From Ranitomeya imitator (lineage: Eukaryota): 64,000 bases of DNA. This document shows positions 21,546 through 31,725 of this stretch, piece by piece (position 1 is the first letter of the stretch; every line of letters starts with the position of its first letter). Made by a program: the position numbers and the translations under genes. The notes below the pieces were generated by a model. It saw only the letters and a program-made list of their open reading frames with translations. It searched no databases and was not told the DNA's origin. The DNA lies in assembly GCF_032444005.1 (NCBI RefSeq), contig NC_091283.1, positions 43,028,001 through 43,092,000 on the forward strand. Direction: 5' to 3'.

Positions 21546-22673
21546 GGCCGAAAACATTCTCTAATAACATTTGCGTCGAAAGATTCTGCTCCTGTTACAA
21601 GGCAGTGTCCTGAAGCCGCCACCAGGGGGAGCCCCTTACAAGTGTATGTAACTCCCATTGCATTTAGCACTGCACTTAGCTCCCCCTAGTGGTGGCTGCA
21701 TATATGCAGTATTTTATTTTTTATCAGGTCCTAAAAAACTAATCGTCACTAATAAGAAATGAATCAGGACCCCAATGAGGATATTGCCTTTAATAAAGGT
21801 GCCGTACAGTCCATTCTGCGTCTTTGGCTCTATGATTTTAATGGACTCCTGTGTTAGAGCAGCATCTGCCCCCCGGGACCGTGAATGCTCCAGTAACCGC
21901 CATGTAAGTCCACCTGCAACATCCAGTCACACACTGCGCTCCATAGGGGAACCGCGATGTCACTATATACTGCAATGCTGCGATATTGGAGTATATGGTG
22001 TAAGAGATCAAACAATCGCAGGTTCAAGTCCTGTGCGGGGAAAAAGGGAGAAGGGAAAAAATGTTTTAAATATAAAAAAGAAAAAAAATTAAATTTCTAA
22101 AAATAAAGAAACTTAAAAAAAAAACTATTTTTTTTTTTAACCATTTCAGAATTGGATGTTGTTGGGTTTTTTTTTATCACTAAACATTTTTTTTTTCTTT
22201 TAAAAATGAGTTTGGTAACTCAGTAATGGCTCATGTTGTCAGGTTATTTATCACACAATGAACGCCATTTAAAACAAATCGCTTTCTCTCCCTCCTTCTC
22301 CCCCTCCATCCCCCCCCCCCCACCCCCCTCTCAAAAAAAAAAGAAAAAAAAAAAGCAATGTTGGAATTATTGTATGGTTTCCACTCTCACTAAAATGAAG
22401 GGCAGGGGGCAGTAGTGAGAATGTTCCTTTCTGGGGGTTGATCCACTCAAAACTTTTGAATAGTCTCTACATGTCAAGACTGTGCACTTTAAAGGGACGC
22501 TCCATCCTCCTATAATAAGTCACCAGTAATTTTTAAGCTGTGTGATCTGCTGTAACCCTTCTCACTTACATCCAACATTGCCCTCCTCACCCACCCATTT
22601 ATTATGGGGAGCTGTCATGCAATCTCCAGTCAGACCACCAGTCCAGTGCCAGCTGTAAGCCATTGTTCCTTAA

Positions 22674-22977
22674 AGGGACTCTGTCACCTGAATTTGGAGG
22701 GAACAATCTTCCGCCATAGGGGCGGGGTTTTTGGGTGTTTGATTCACCCTTTCCTTACCCACTGGCTGCAATATTGGATTGAAGTTCATTTTCTCTTCCA
22801 TAGTACATGCCTACGCAAGGCAAGATTGCCTTGTGCAGGCATGTACTACGGAGGACAGAGAATGAACTTCAATCCAATATTGCAGCCAGCGGGTAAGGAA
22901 AGGGTGAATCAAACACCCGAAAACCCCGCCCCTATGGCTGAAGATTGTTCCCTCCAAATTCAGGTGACAGAGTCCCT
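22674..22977. mobile_element. Palindromic T2/Kolobok-type MITE
   Basis: TTAA|agggactctgtcacctgaatttggaggg ... ccctccaaattcaggtgacagagtccct|TTAA. Confidence 0.88.
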
Positions 22978-25099
22978 TTAATTTCTGACTATCCAGCTGC
23001 TGAAAAAGTATTATTTCTATCATACCCTGGCAGTCAAAGGTTGTAGTGTGAGGGGATTTGTAGACATCAGTCTTGGAGATAAAAGTTGAAAGTGCTGTGT
23101 CCAGAATCTGCAGCCAGCCTAACACTAGAGCAAATGAGAAGCTTATCACAAGCAGGAGGCAGAAGAGCACACAAGACGCTTATCACAAGCAGAAGAGTGC
23201 ACTGGAAGTTTTTTCACAAGCAGGAGAGAAAAAAAGGGGGGAGACAAACGCACATAGGGTGATATTGAAAGGTACAGATAAGAAGGGAGTTCTGGAGTTG
23301 TTCACCTGAAAGGGTTGTGATTGTCACAACTCCAATAATTGCCCATGAATGTTACAGCTGCTGCAGTCCTGTCGGCAAATGAAGGTATACCCTCTTTTGC
23401 GTATCGATTAATAGAAAAATGTGATTGAGGTTTCAGAGTAGACCGTACTGTTGAATGAAGGAAGAAGTTTCAGAGTGGAATATCAATTTTATAGTTTTAA
23501 TTTTTATGCGATTCGTGCTCGCACCAAGCTCTTTTTAAAAAACAAACTACATCGCACTTATGTAGTTTGTTTTTTTAAAAAGAGCTCTGCGAGCACAAAA
23601 CACGTAAAAATAAAAACCGGCATTGCTATTCGACTCTGGAACTGCTTCCTTCATACAGCAGCACGGTCTACTCTGAAATGTCAATCTTTTTCTATCACAA
23701 GCAGGAGGCAGAGGAGCACATGGGGAGAAGCTTATCTCAAGCAGACTGAAGCTGCATTACCTAAAATAGACTGAAACTATGCAGGGTGAGGGGAAACAAG
23801 TTATGTTAATCTATTACAGGCACGCCCTAGATTGGGGCAATGTGAAGTGACTGCCCACTCTGCAAAGATAGGCATCCATATCAAAACTATGTAGACTTTT
23901 TTTTTTCTCTCTCGGAGCCTTTCACACTGTGTCTTGCTGACTCTTTACTTCCTTCTAAATCCTTGAAAAACAAGCGTTACAGAGGATAAATGGAGTCCAA
24001 AGTATGAAACTGTAGGTTCATTTGATACGACTTTCGGCCGGGTTCAGTCTTTTCATTAAGGCGCAAGAGTCAGAGGGACGTAAAGTTCATATTGTGGACT
24101 ACATTTGCCCAAGGTTACTTTAATATAGGTGTTGGGTCGTTTCTGAATCTCGTTTTTCGCGGATCAGTCAGTAAGATTGAACGCGTTGCTGAATGTAGTT
24201 TTAGTGGACCCTGAAGCACAAATTAGAGAACCTATTAGAGTTGGGGCGAAACGGTGATTTTGGCTGCAGCACGGGTCGCACGACCAAAGATTGCAGTAAG
24301 GTGCAAGTGAGTGGGCCTGGAAAAAGGAGTCTCCAAATGCCGACATTGGGCACCATTCCTGCCCGTTGCCCGGACCCCTGACAGCGGAAAGCTGGGCTCC
24401 TTGCAGGTTTAATGATCATGTCAGTGACAGTAAGCTGCCGGCAGCCATGACTTAATGTTTCGGCTGGCAAACAAAGCACGACTCTGACATTTTGCTGGAA
24501 GTCCTGCAGGTTTGTTCCTTAGTAATAGGTTTTGCTGCTTTCTGACTCAATAGTCACATTATGCAGGGAGACAACACACTAATGTGGTCTGGATTGTGGT
24601 GGCTCCAGGCTTGTTTCCATCCCCATCCAGGTGGCAGGCAGGAGCCCCTGCAGCGAGCAGTCTCCACACAAAGGCGAAGACAATGGAGAGGAGGACACCT
24701 GCCGGGGATCTGCCGGGAACAATAGGAAGAGGCGGATGGAACAGCGACTATTTATACAATAACGGCAGGTCTGCCACCGACACCAGACATTAATTCTCTC
24801 TGTATTATTCCCTTGGCGTGTTCCACAGTACATCGGCGCGGCGTAAAATGTGAATATGGTTTCACGTAACCCATCGCTTTACTGTGGGATGAAAATGCAG
24901 AAAATCCATAGTGTAAACAACATACAAAGTGGATGAGGTCTGAGCACATCACATCTACACGCAGTGGAAAATTCAGAAATCTTGCAATTTTCTCACTTTT
25001 CACTGAGCCTACAAGACTCATAATTCCTGCTCTGTGCAAAAGACTTTACCTTTCTCTGATCAACGGTGACTGATAACCATTCAATATGCTGTAGATATC

Positions 25100-25640
25100 A
25101 TAGACTCCACCATGTACAACAGGTGATATCACAGCTCACCTCCTCCTGTACAATGACTGATAACACCTCTATATACAGTAGATAACACAGGATCCACCAT
25201 TCACAATAGGTGATGTCACAGCTCACCTCCTCCTGTACAATGACTGATAACACCTCTATATACAGTAGATAACACAGGATCCATCATTCACAATAGGTGA
25301 TATCACAGCTCACCTCTCCCTCCTGTACAATGACTGATAACACCTCTATATACAGTAGATAACATAGGATCCATCATTCACAATAGGTGATATCACAGCT
25401 CACCTCCTCCTCCTGTATAATGACTGATAACTCCTCTATATACAGTAGATAACACAGGATCCACCATTCACAATAGGTAATGTCACAGCTCACCTCCTCC
25501 TGTACAATGACTGATTACACCTCTATATACAGTAGATAACAGGATCCACCATTCACAATAGGTGATGTCACAGCTCACCTCCTCCTCCTGCACAATGACT
25601 GATAACACCTCTATATACAGTATATAACACAGGATCCACC
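25100..25640. repeat. ~85-bp minisatellite, ~6-7 copies
   Basis: Unit gtacaatgactgataacacctctatatacagtagataacacaggatccaccattcacaataggtgatgtcacagctcacctcctcct. Confidence 0.9.
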
Positions 25641-25989
25641 ATTCACAACAGGTTATGTGCAGAAAAAAAGTCTGTAAAAGTCACTAAGCTAGAGTCAGTC
25701 TGTTGCTACCTATGTTTATATGACTGATCAAAAGAGCTGGAAGTATGAGCCTAATGATAGACCAAGTGTAAGAATTGCAAGATTTCTGTTCATTTTTTAA
25801 ATCTAGGGGAAATGAATAATGTTCATGAAAAATAAATTTAACATAAGAATCTGATCTGAGCAATAGGCCATTTTCTGATGACACATTCCCTTTAATACTC
25901 ATATGACAGCCGCAAGACCAAACTTAGATCACAATAGCGGTTACTTAATCTGTAGGAGTTTGGGTCTCGTGATTGCAATTACACAAGAC

Positions 25990-26435
25990 ACTCATCTGAA
26001 AGGAGACGTCCTAGAAGATAGGAGAAGGGCAAATGTCCCTATCTTCAAAAAAAGGAAAGAAGACAGAGCCAGGAAATTACAGGCCAGTGAGCCTTACTCC
26101 TATACCAGAGAAGATCATTGAAAAAATTATTAAACAGCATGGATGTACAGTAAGTAAGTGTACTTGGATAAGAATACGTTAATTAACCAGATCCAGCATG
26201 TAGCAAAGTCATGCCAAACTAATCTAACGTCCTACTACGATGGAATCACTGACTGGGTGGATCAGGGAAATGCGGTAGATATAGTGTATCTCGACTTCAG
26301 CAAAGCATTTGATAAAGTATCTCATACTATCATTATTGAAAACAATGACCAAGTATGGGATTGACAAGGCTACTGTTAGGAGGATTTGTAATTGGGTCAG
26401 TTGACTGTACTCAAAGAGTGGTAATGAATGGTTGC
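25990..26435 (+). mobile_element. Degenerate CR1 RT fragment
   Basis: NYRPVSLT-like aattacaggccagtgagccttact; YDGITDWVDQGNAVDIVYLDFSKAFDKVSH. Confidence 0.88.
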
Positions 26436-27052
26436 CTAAGAGATCAGAGAAAGGCAGCACTCACTGCTCCTGACGCAATCCTTTATTAACAGAGGTTAAA
26501 AAATAGCGGCGGGTGGAATGTGTGGAGACAACAATCGGATTTAGACTCGTAGAAGCGCACATAGCGCTATTATTCAATAACAAAATGATCACTCCATGAT
26601 GTCATATCCTTTATAGTCATTATATAAAACCGCGCTAGTGATAGTAGGTATTGTGCTATACTATGAATAAGAACATATAGTTTGAAACGCTTCAGTACAA
26701 CCATACTTAGGTGAATTGAGCACGCCTTTTTTTTAACAACAAGGAAATTTTTTTTGAAAATTTTTCTAATAAACTGTACATACATGCTAGCCACCTTAGG
26801 GAGAGACCCAAGTTGGGCTAAATGTAGCGGGACGAAAGAGACCGAAAAGCCCTCTACTCAAAGGAAATACATAGTGGATGCTTTCCTGAAACGGAAAGTA
26901 CTTGCAAGCAGCATAATACAAAGAATAGCAGGTTTACCCAGAATCCTTTGCAGTAGGCGGAGCTATGCAAATCATCTCTTTCCACCCCTGTCTAATCCAC
27001 AGCGCTTGGAACCGCCAAGCGTGCAATGCTGCGGATTAGTTTCTAAATTTAC

Positions 27053-27133
27053 ACAGCCAACCAATTCCTACCTGTGGACACGTGTTTCGGGCTTTAGGCC
27101 CTCATCAGCACAGGGCTGGAATTGGTTGGCTGT
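27053..27133 (-). ncRNA. Type I hammerhead ribozyme, copy 1
   Basis: Minus strand: CCUGUG-CUGAUGA-GGGC(CUAAA)GCCC-GAAA-CACGU-GUC|CACAGG, plus a 16-bp distal helix I ACAGCCAACCAAUUCC/GGAAUUGGUUGGCUGU; predicted cut between 27077 and 27076. Confidence 0.92.
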
Positions 27134-27178
27134 ATGGAGTGGGGCTCGGTGAGCAAGCGATACATACATGCTAGCCAC

Positions 27179-27356
27179 CTTAGGGAGAGACCCAAGTTGG
27201 GCTAAATGTAGCGGGACGAAAGAGACCGAAAAGCCCTCTACTCAAAGGAAATACATAGTGGATGCTTTCCTGAAACGGAAAGTACTTGCAAGCAGCATAA
27301 TACAAAGAATAGCAGGTTTACCCAGAATCCTTTGCAGTAGGCGGAGCTATGCAAAT
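27179..27356 (-). promoter_or_regulatory. Putative snRNA-type promoter, repeated every 384 bp
   Basis: SPH/Staf-like TACCCAGAATCCTTTGCA 27319-27336; GGCGGA ~27340-27345; octamer ATGCAAAT 27349-27356; minus-strand TCTCCCTAAG 27188-27179 resembling the Xenopus PSE TCTCCNNATG (recalled consensus). Confidence 0.65.
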
Positions 27357-27436
27357 CATCTCTTTCCACCCCTGTCTAATCCACAGCGCTTGGAACCGCC
27401 AAGCGTGCAATGCTGCGGATTAGTTTCTAAATTTAC

Positions 27437-27517
27437 ACAGCCAACCAATTCCTACCTGTGGACACGTGTTTCGGGCTTTAGGCCCTCATCAGCACAGGGC
27501 TGGAATTGGTTGGCTGT
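27437..27517 (-). ncRNA. Type I hammerhead ribozyme, copy 2
   Basis: Identical to copy 1 (+384). Confidence 0.92.
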
Positions 27518-27820
27518 ATGGAGTGGGGCTCGGTGAGCAAGCGATACATACATGCTAGCCACCTTAGGGAGAGACCCAAGTTGGGCTAAATGTAGCGGGA
27601 CGAAAGAGACCGAAAAGCCCTCTACTCAAAGGAAATACATAGTGGATGCTTTCCTGAAACGGAAAGTACTTGCAAGCAGCATAATACAAAGAATAGCAGG
27701 TTTACCCAGAATCCTTTGCAGTAGGCGGAGCTATGCAAATCATCTCTTTCCACCCCTGTCTAATCCACAGCGCTTGGAACCGCCAAGCGTGCAATGCTGC
27801 GGATTAGTTTCTAAATTTAC

Positions 27821-27901
27821 ACAGCCAACCAATTCCTACCTGTGGACACGTGTTTCGGGCTTTAGGCCCTCATCAGCACAGGGCTGGAATTGGTTGGCTG
27901 T
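27821..27901 (-). ncRNA. Type I hammerhead ribozyme, copy 3
   Basis: Identical to copy 1 (+768). Confidence 0.92.
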
Positions 27902-28204
27902 ATGGAGTGGGGCTCGGTGAGCAAGCGATACATACATGCTAGCCACCTTAGGGAGAGACCCAAGTTGGGCTAAATGTAGCGGGACGAAAGAGACCGAAAA
28001 GCCCTCTACTCAAAGGAAATACATAGTGGATGCTTTCCTGAAACGGAAAGTACTTGCAAGCAGCATAATACAAAGAATAGCAGGTTTACCCAGAATCCTT
28101 TGCAGTAGGCGGAGCTATGCAAATCATCTCTTTCCACCCCTGTCTAATCCACAGCGCTTGGAACCGCCAAGCGTGCAATGCTGCGGATTAGTTTCTAAAT
28201 TTAC

Positions 28205-28285
28205 ACAGCCAACCAATTCCTACCTGTGGACACGTGTTTCGGGCTTTAGGCCCTCATCAGCACAGGGCTGGAATTGGTTGGCTGT
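28205..28285 (-). ncRNA. Type I hammerhead ribozyme, copy 4
   Basis: Identical to copy 1 (+1152). Confidence 0.92.
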
Positions 28286-28588
28286 ATGGAGTGGGGCTCG
28301 GTGAGCAAGCGATACATACATGCTAGCCACCTTAGGGAGAGACCCAAGTTGGGCTAAATGTAGCGGGACGAAAGAGACCGAAAAGCCCTCTACTCAAAGG
28401 AAATACATAGTGGATGCTTTCCTGAAACGGAAAGTACTTGCAAGCAGCATAATACAAAGAATAGCAGGTTTACCCAGAATCCTTTGCAGTAGGCGGAGCT
28501 ATGCAAATCATCTCTTTCCACCCCTGTCTAATCCACAGCGCTTGGAACCGCCAAGCGTGCAATGCTGCGGATTAGTTTCTAAATTTAC

Positions 28589-28669
28589 ACAGCCAACCAA
28601 TTCCTACCTGTGGACACGTGTTTCGGGCTTTAGGCCCTCATCAGCACAGGGCTGGAATTGGTTGGCTGT
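28589..28669 (-). ncRNA. Type I hammerhead ribozyme, copy 5
   Basis: Identical to copy 1 (+1536). Confidence 0.92.
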
Positions 28670-28972
28670 ATGGAGTGGGGCTCGGTGAGCAAGCGATACA
28701 TACATGCTAGCCACCTTAGGGAGAGACCCAAGTTGGGCTAAATGTAGCGGGACGAAAGAGACCGAAAAGCCCTCTACTCAAAGGAAATACATAGTGGATG
28801 CTTTCCTGAAACGGAAAGTACTTGCAAGCAGCATAATACAAAGAATAGCAGGTTTACCCAGAATCCTTTGCAGTAGGCGGAGCTATGCAAATCATCTCTT
28901 TCCACCCCTGTCTAATCCACAGCACTTGGAACCGCCAAGCGTGCAATGCTGCGGATTAGTTTCTAAATTTAC

Positions 28973-29053
28973 ACAGCCAACCAATTCCTACCTGTGGACA
29001 CGTGTTTCGGGCTTTAGGCCCTCATCAGCACAGGGCTGGAATTGGTTAGCTGT
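28973..29053 (-). ncRNA. Type I hammerhead ribozyme, copy 6
   Basis: Core identical; one substitution (29048) in distal helix I. Confidence 0.92.
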
Positions 29054-29356
29054 ATGGAGTGGGGCTCGGTGAGCAAGCGATACATACATGCTAGCCACCT
29101 TAGGGAGAGACCCAAGTTGGGCTAAATGTAGCGGGACGAAAGAGACCGAAAAGCCCTCTACTCAAAGGAAATACATAGTGGATGCTTTCCTGAAACGGAA
29201 AGTACTTGCAAGCAGCATAATACAAAGAATAGCAGGTTTACCCAGAATCCTTTGCAGTAGGCGGAGCTATGCAAATCATCTCTTTCCACCCCTGTCTAAT
29301 CCACAGCGCTTGGAACCGCCAAGCGTGCAATGCTGCGGATTAGTTTCTAAATTTAC

Positions 29357-29437
29357 ACAGCCAACCAATTCCTACCTGTGGACACGTGTTTCGGGCTTTA
29401 GGCCCTCATCAGCACAGGGCTGGAATTGGTTGGCTGT
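29357..29437 (-). ncRNA. Type I hammerhead ribozyme, copy 7
   Basis: Identical to copy 1 (+2304). Confidence 0.92.
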
Positions 29438-29740
29438 ATGGAGTGGGGCTCGGTGAGCAAGCGATACATACATGCTAGCCACCTTAGGGAGAGACCCAAG
29501 TTGGGCTAAATGTAGCGGGACGAAAGAGACCGAAAAGCCCTCTACTCAAAGGAAATACATAGTGGATGCTTTCCTGAAACGGAAAGTACTTGCAAGCAGC
29601 ATAATACAAAGAATAGCAGGTTTACCCAGAATCCTTTGCAGTAGGCGGAGCTATGCAAATCATCTCTTTCCACCCCTGTCTAATCCACAGCGCTTGGAAC
29701 CGCCAAGCGTGCAATGCTGCGGATTAGTTTCTAAATTTAC

Positions 29741-29805
29741 ACAGCCAACCAATTCCTACCTGTGGACACGTGTTTCGGGCTTTAGGCCCTCATCAGCACA
29801 GGGCT
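29741..29805 (-). ncRNA. Type I hammerhead ribozyme, copy 8 (5' distal arm cut off by the insertion boundary)
   Basis: Core and 6-bp proximal helix I intact; the array ends at 29805. Confidence 0.85.
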
Positions 29806-29974
29806 AATAAACTGTTGCTTTAAAAATATTGTTTTCCTCTGGAACTGTTGCTGGATGAATTCTTCTGATTCATTTTGCACTTGGCGGCCAACACAGGCTT
29901 CACATCCCTGCACTACCGGTGGACACACTTGATGGTGAGCTGGATATAAATCCCCCTTTTCTATATTGTATATG

Positions 29975-30441
29975 TGTGTATGCGTGTGTATGGTGCTGTA
30001 TGGTGTATATGTGTGCAATGCATTCATATTGTATATGTGTGTAATATATACTTACTGTATATGGTGTGTGTAATGTACACTTTTTGTATATGTGTGTAAT
30101 GTATACATACTGACATACTGTATATGGTGTATATGTGTGTATGTGTGTAATGTATTTATATTGTATATGGTGTATGTGTAATGTATACATATTGTATATG
30201 TGTGTGTAATGTATACTTATTGTATATGGTGTATGTGTGTAATGTATGCATATTGTATATGTGTGTATGTGTGTGTAATGTATACTTATTGTATATGGTG
30301 TATGTGTGTAATGTATACATATTGTATATGTGTGTGTAATGTATACTTTTTGTACATATGTGTAATGTATACATATTGTATATTTGGTATGTATAATGTA
30401 TCCATATTGTGTGTGTGTGTTGCGTGTGTGTAATGTGTACA
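29975..30441. repeat. TA/TG low-complexity satellite, left part
   Basis: gtaatgtatacatattgtatatgtgtgt variants; continues at 33399-34185. Confidence 0.9.
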
Positions 30442-31725
30442 TCTACTATATAATTGTCTAAGGGTCACTTCCGTCTTTCTGTCTGTCCTTCTGTCTCTGT
30501 CTGTCGCGGATATTCATTGGTCGCGGCCTCTATCTGTCATGGAAATCCAAGTCGCTGATTGGTCGTGGCAAAACAGCCACGACCAATCAGTGACGGGCAC
30601 AGTCCGGAAGAAAATGGCCGCTCATTACTCCTCGGTCAGTGCCCGGCGCCCGCATACTCCCCTCCAGTCACCGCTCACACAGGGTTAATGCCGGTGGTAA
30701 CGGACCGCGTTATGCCGCGGGTAATGCACTCCGTAACCGCTGCTATTAACCCTGTGTGACCCCAACTTGCCTATGCGGCATCAATAGTAAAAAATGTAAT
30801 GTTTAAAAATAATTAAAAAAAAACAAAAAACGTGCTATACTCACCCTCCGTAGTCCGCCGAGCCGCTCACGCCTGCCACCATCTTCCGTTCCTGGCGATG
30901 CATTGCGAAATTACCCAGAAGACTTAGCGGTCTCGCGAGACCGCTAAGTCATCTGGGTAATTTCGCAATGCATCCTGGGAACGGAAGATGGTGGCAGCCG
31001 CACGCGTATCGCTGGAGCTTCGGTGGATCCCAGGGGGTGAGTATATAACTATTTTTTATTTTAATTATTTTTTTAACAGGGATATGGTGTCCACACTGCT
31101 GTATGCTACGTGGGCTGTGTTAGATACCGCGTGGCTGCTATATACTACATAGGCAGTGTTATATACTACGTGGGCTGTGTTAGATACCGCCTGGCTGCTA
31201 TATACTACATAGGCACTGTTATATACTGTGTGGGCTGTGCTATATACTATGTGGGCTGTGTTATATACTGCGTGGGCTCTGCTATATATTACGTGGCCAC
31301 TGTTACATACTGCGTGGGCTGTTATATACTACGTGGCTGCTATATACTGCATGGGCTGTGCTATATATTACGTAGCCAGTGTTATATACTGTGTGGCCTG
31401 TGTTATATACTATGTCGCCTGTGTTATATACTGCGTGGCTGCTGTATACTGCGTGGGCTGTGTTATATAGTACGTGGCTGTGTTATATACTGCGTGGCCA
31501 CTGTTATATATTGTGTGGCCTGTATTAACGCATCGGGTATTCTACAATATGTATGTATATAGCAGCTGCATAGTATATAGCACAGGCCACGTAGTATTTG
31601 TCTGCTATATACTACATGGGTCCTATATACTACGTGGCCTGTGCTATATACTATGTGGTTGCTATATATATACATAAATACATATTCTAGAATACTCGAT
31701 GCGTTAGAATCGGGCCACCATCTAG
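30442..31725 (+). mobile_element. Non-autonomous Helitron, copy A
   Basis: A|TCtactatataattgtctaagg start; 3' hairpin ctcgat..atcggg then CTAG; internal ~22-bp minisatellite. Confidence 0.82.

Larger units (their letters stand above)
26777..29805 (-). mobile_element. 384-bp tandem array (~7.9 units) with one hammerhead ribozyme per unit; retrozyme / satellite-2-like element
   Basis: Exact 384-bp period; only two substitutions noticed (28924, 29048); flanked by AATAAACTG (extendable to CTAATAAACTGT) at 26768-26776 and 29806-29814. Confidence 0.9.

Noticed and set aside
20916-21689. Pro-rich and Gly/Arg-rich ORFs
   Set aside because: Products of the G-rich repeat after the sars2 stop.
26860-26905. 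Possible plus-strand hammerhead (cctgaaacggaaag)
   Set aside because: Lacks CUGANGA and the helix layout; only a simple hairpin.
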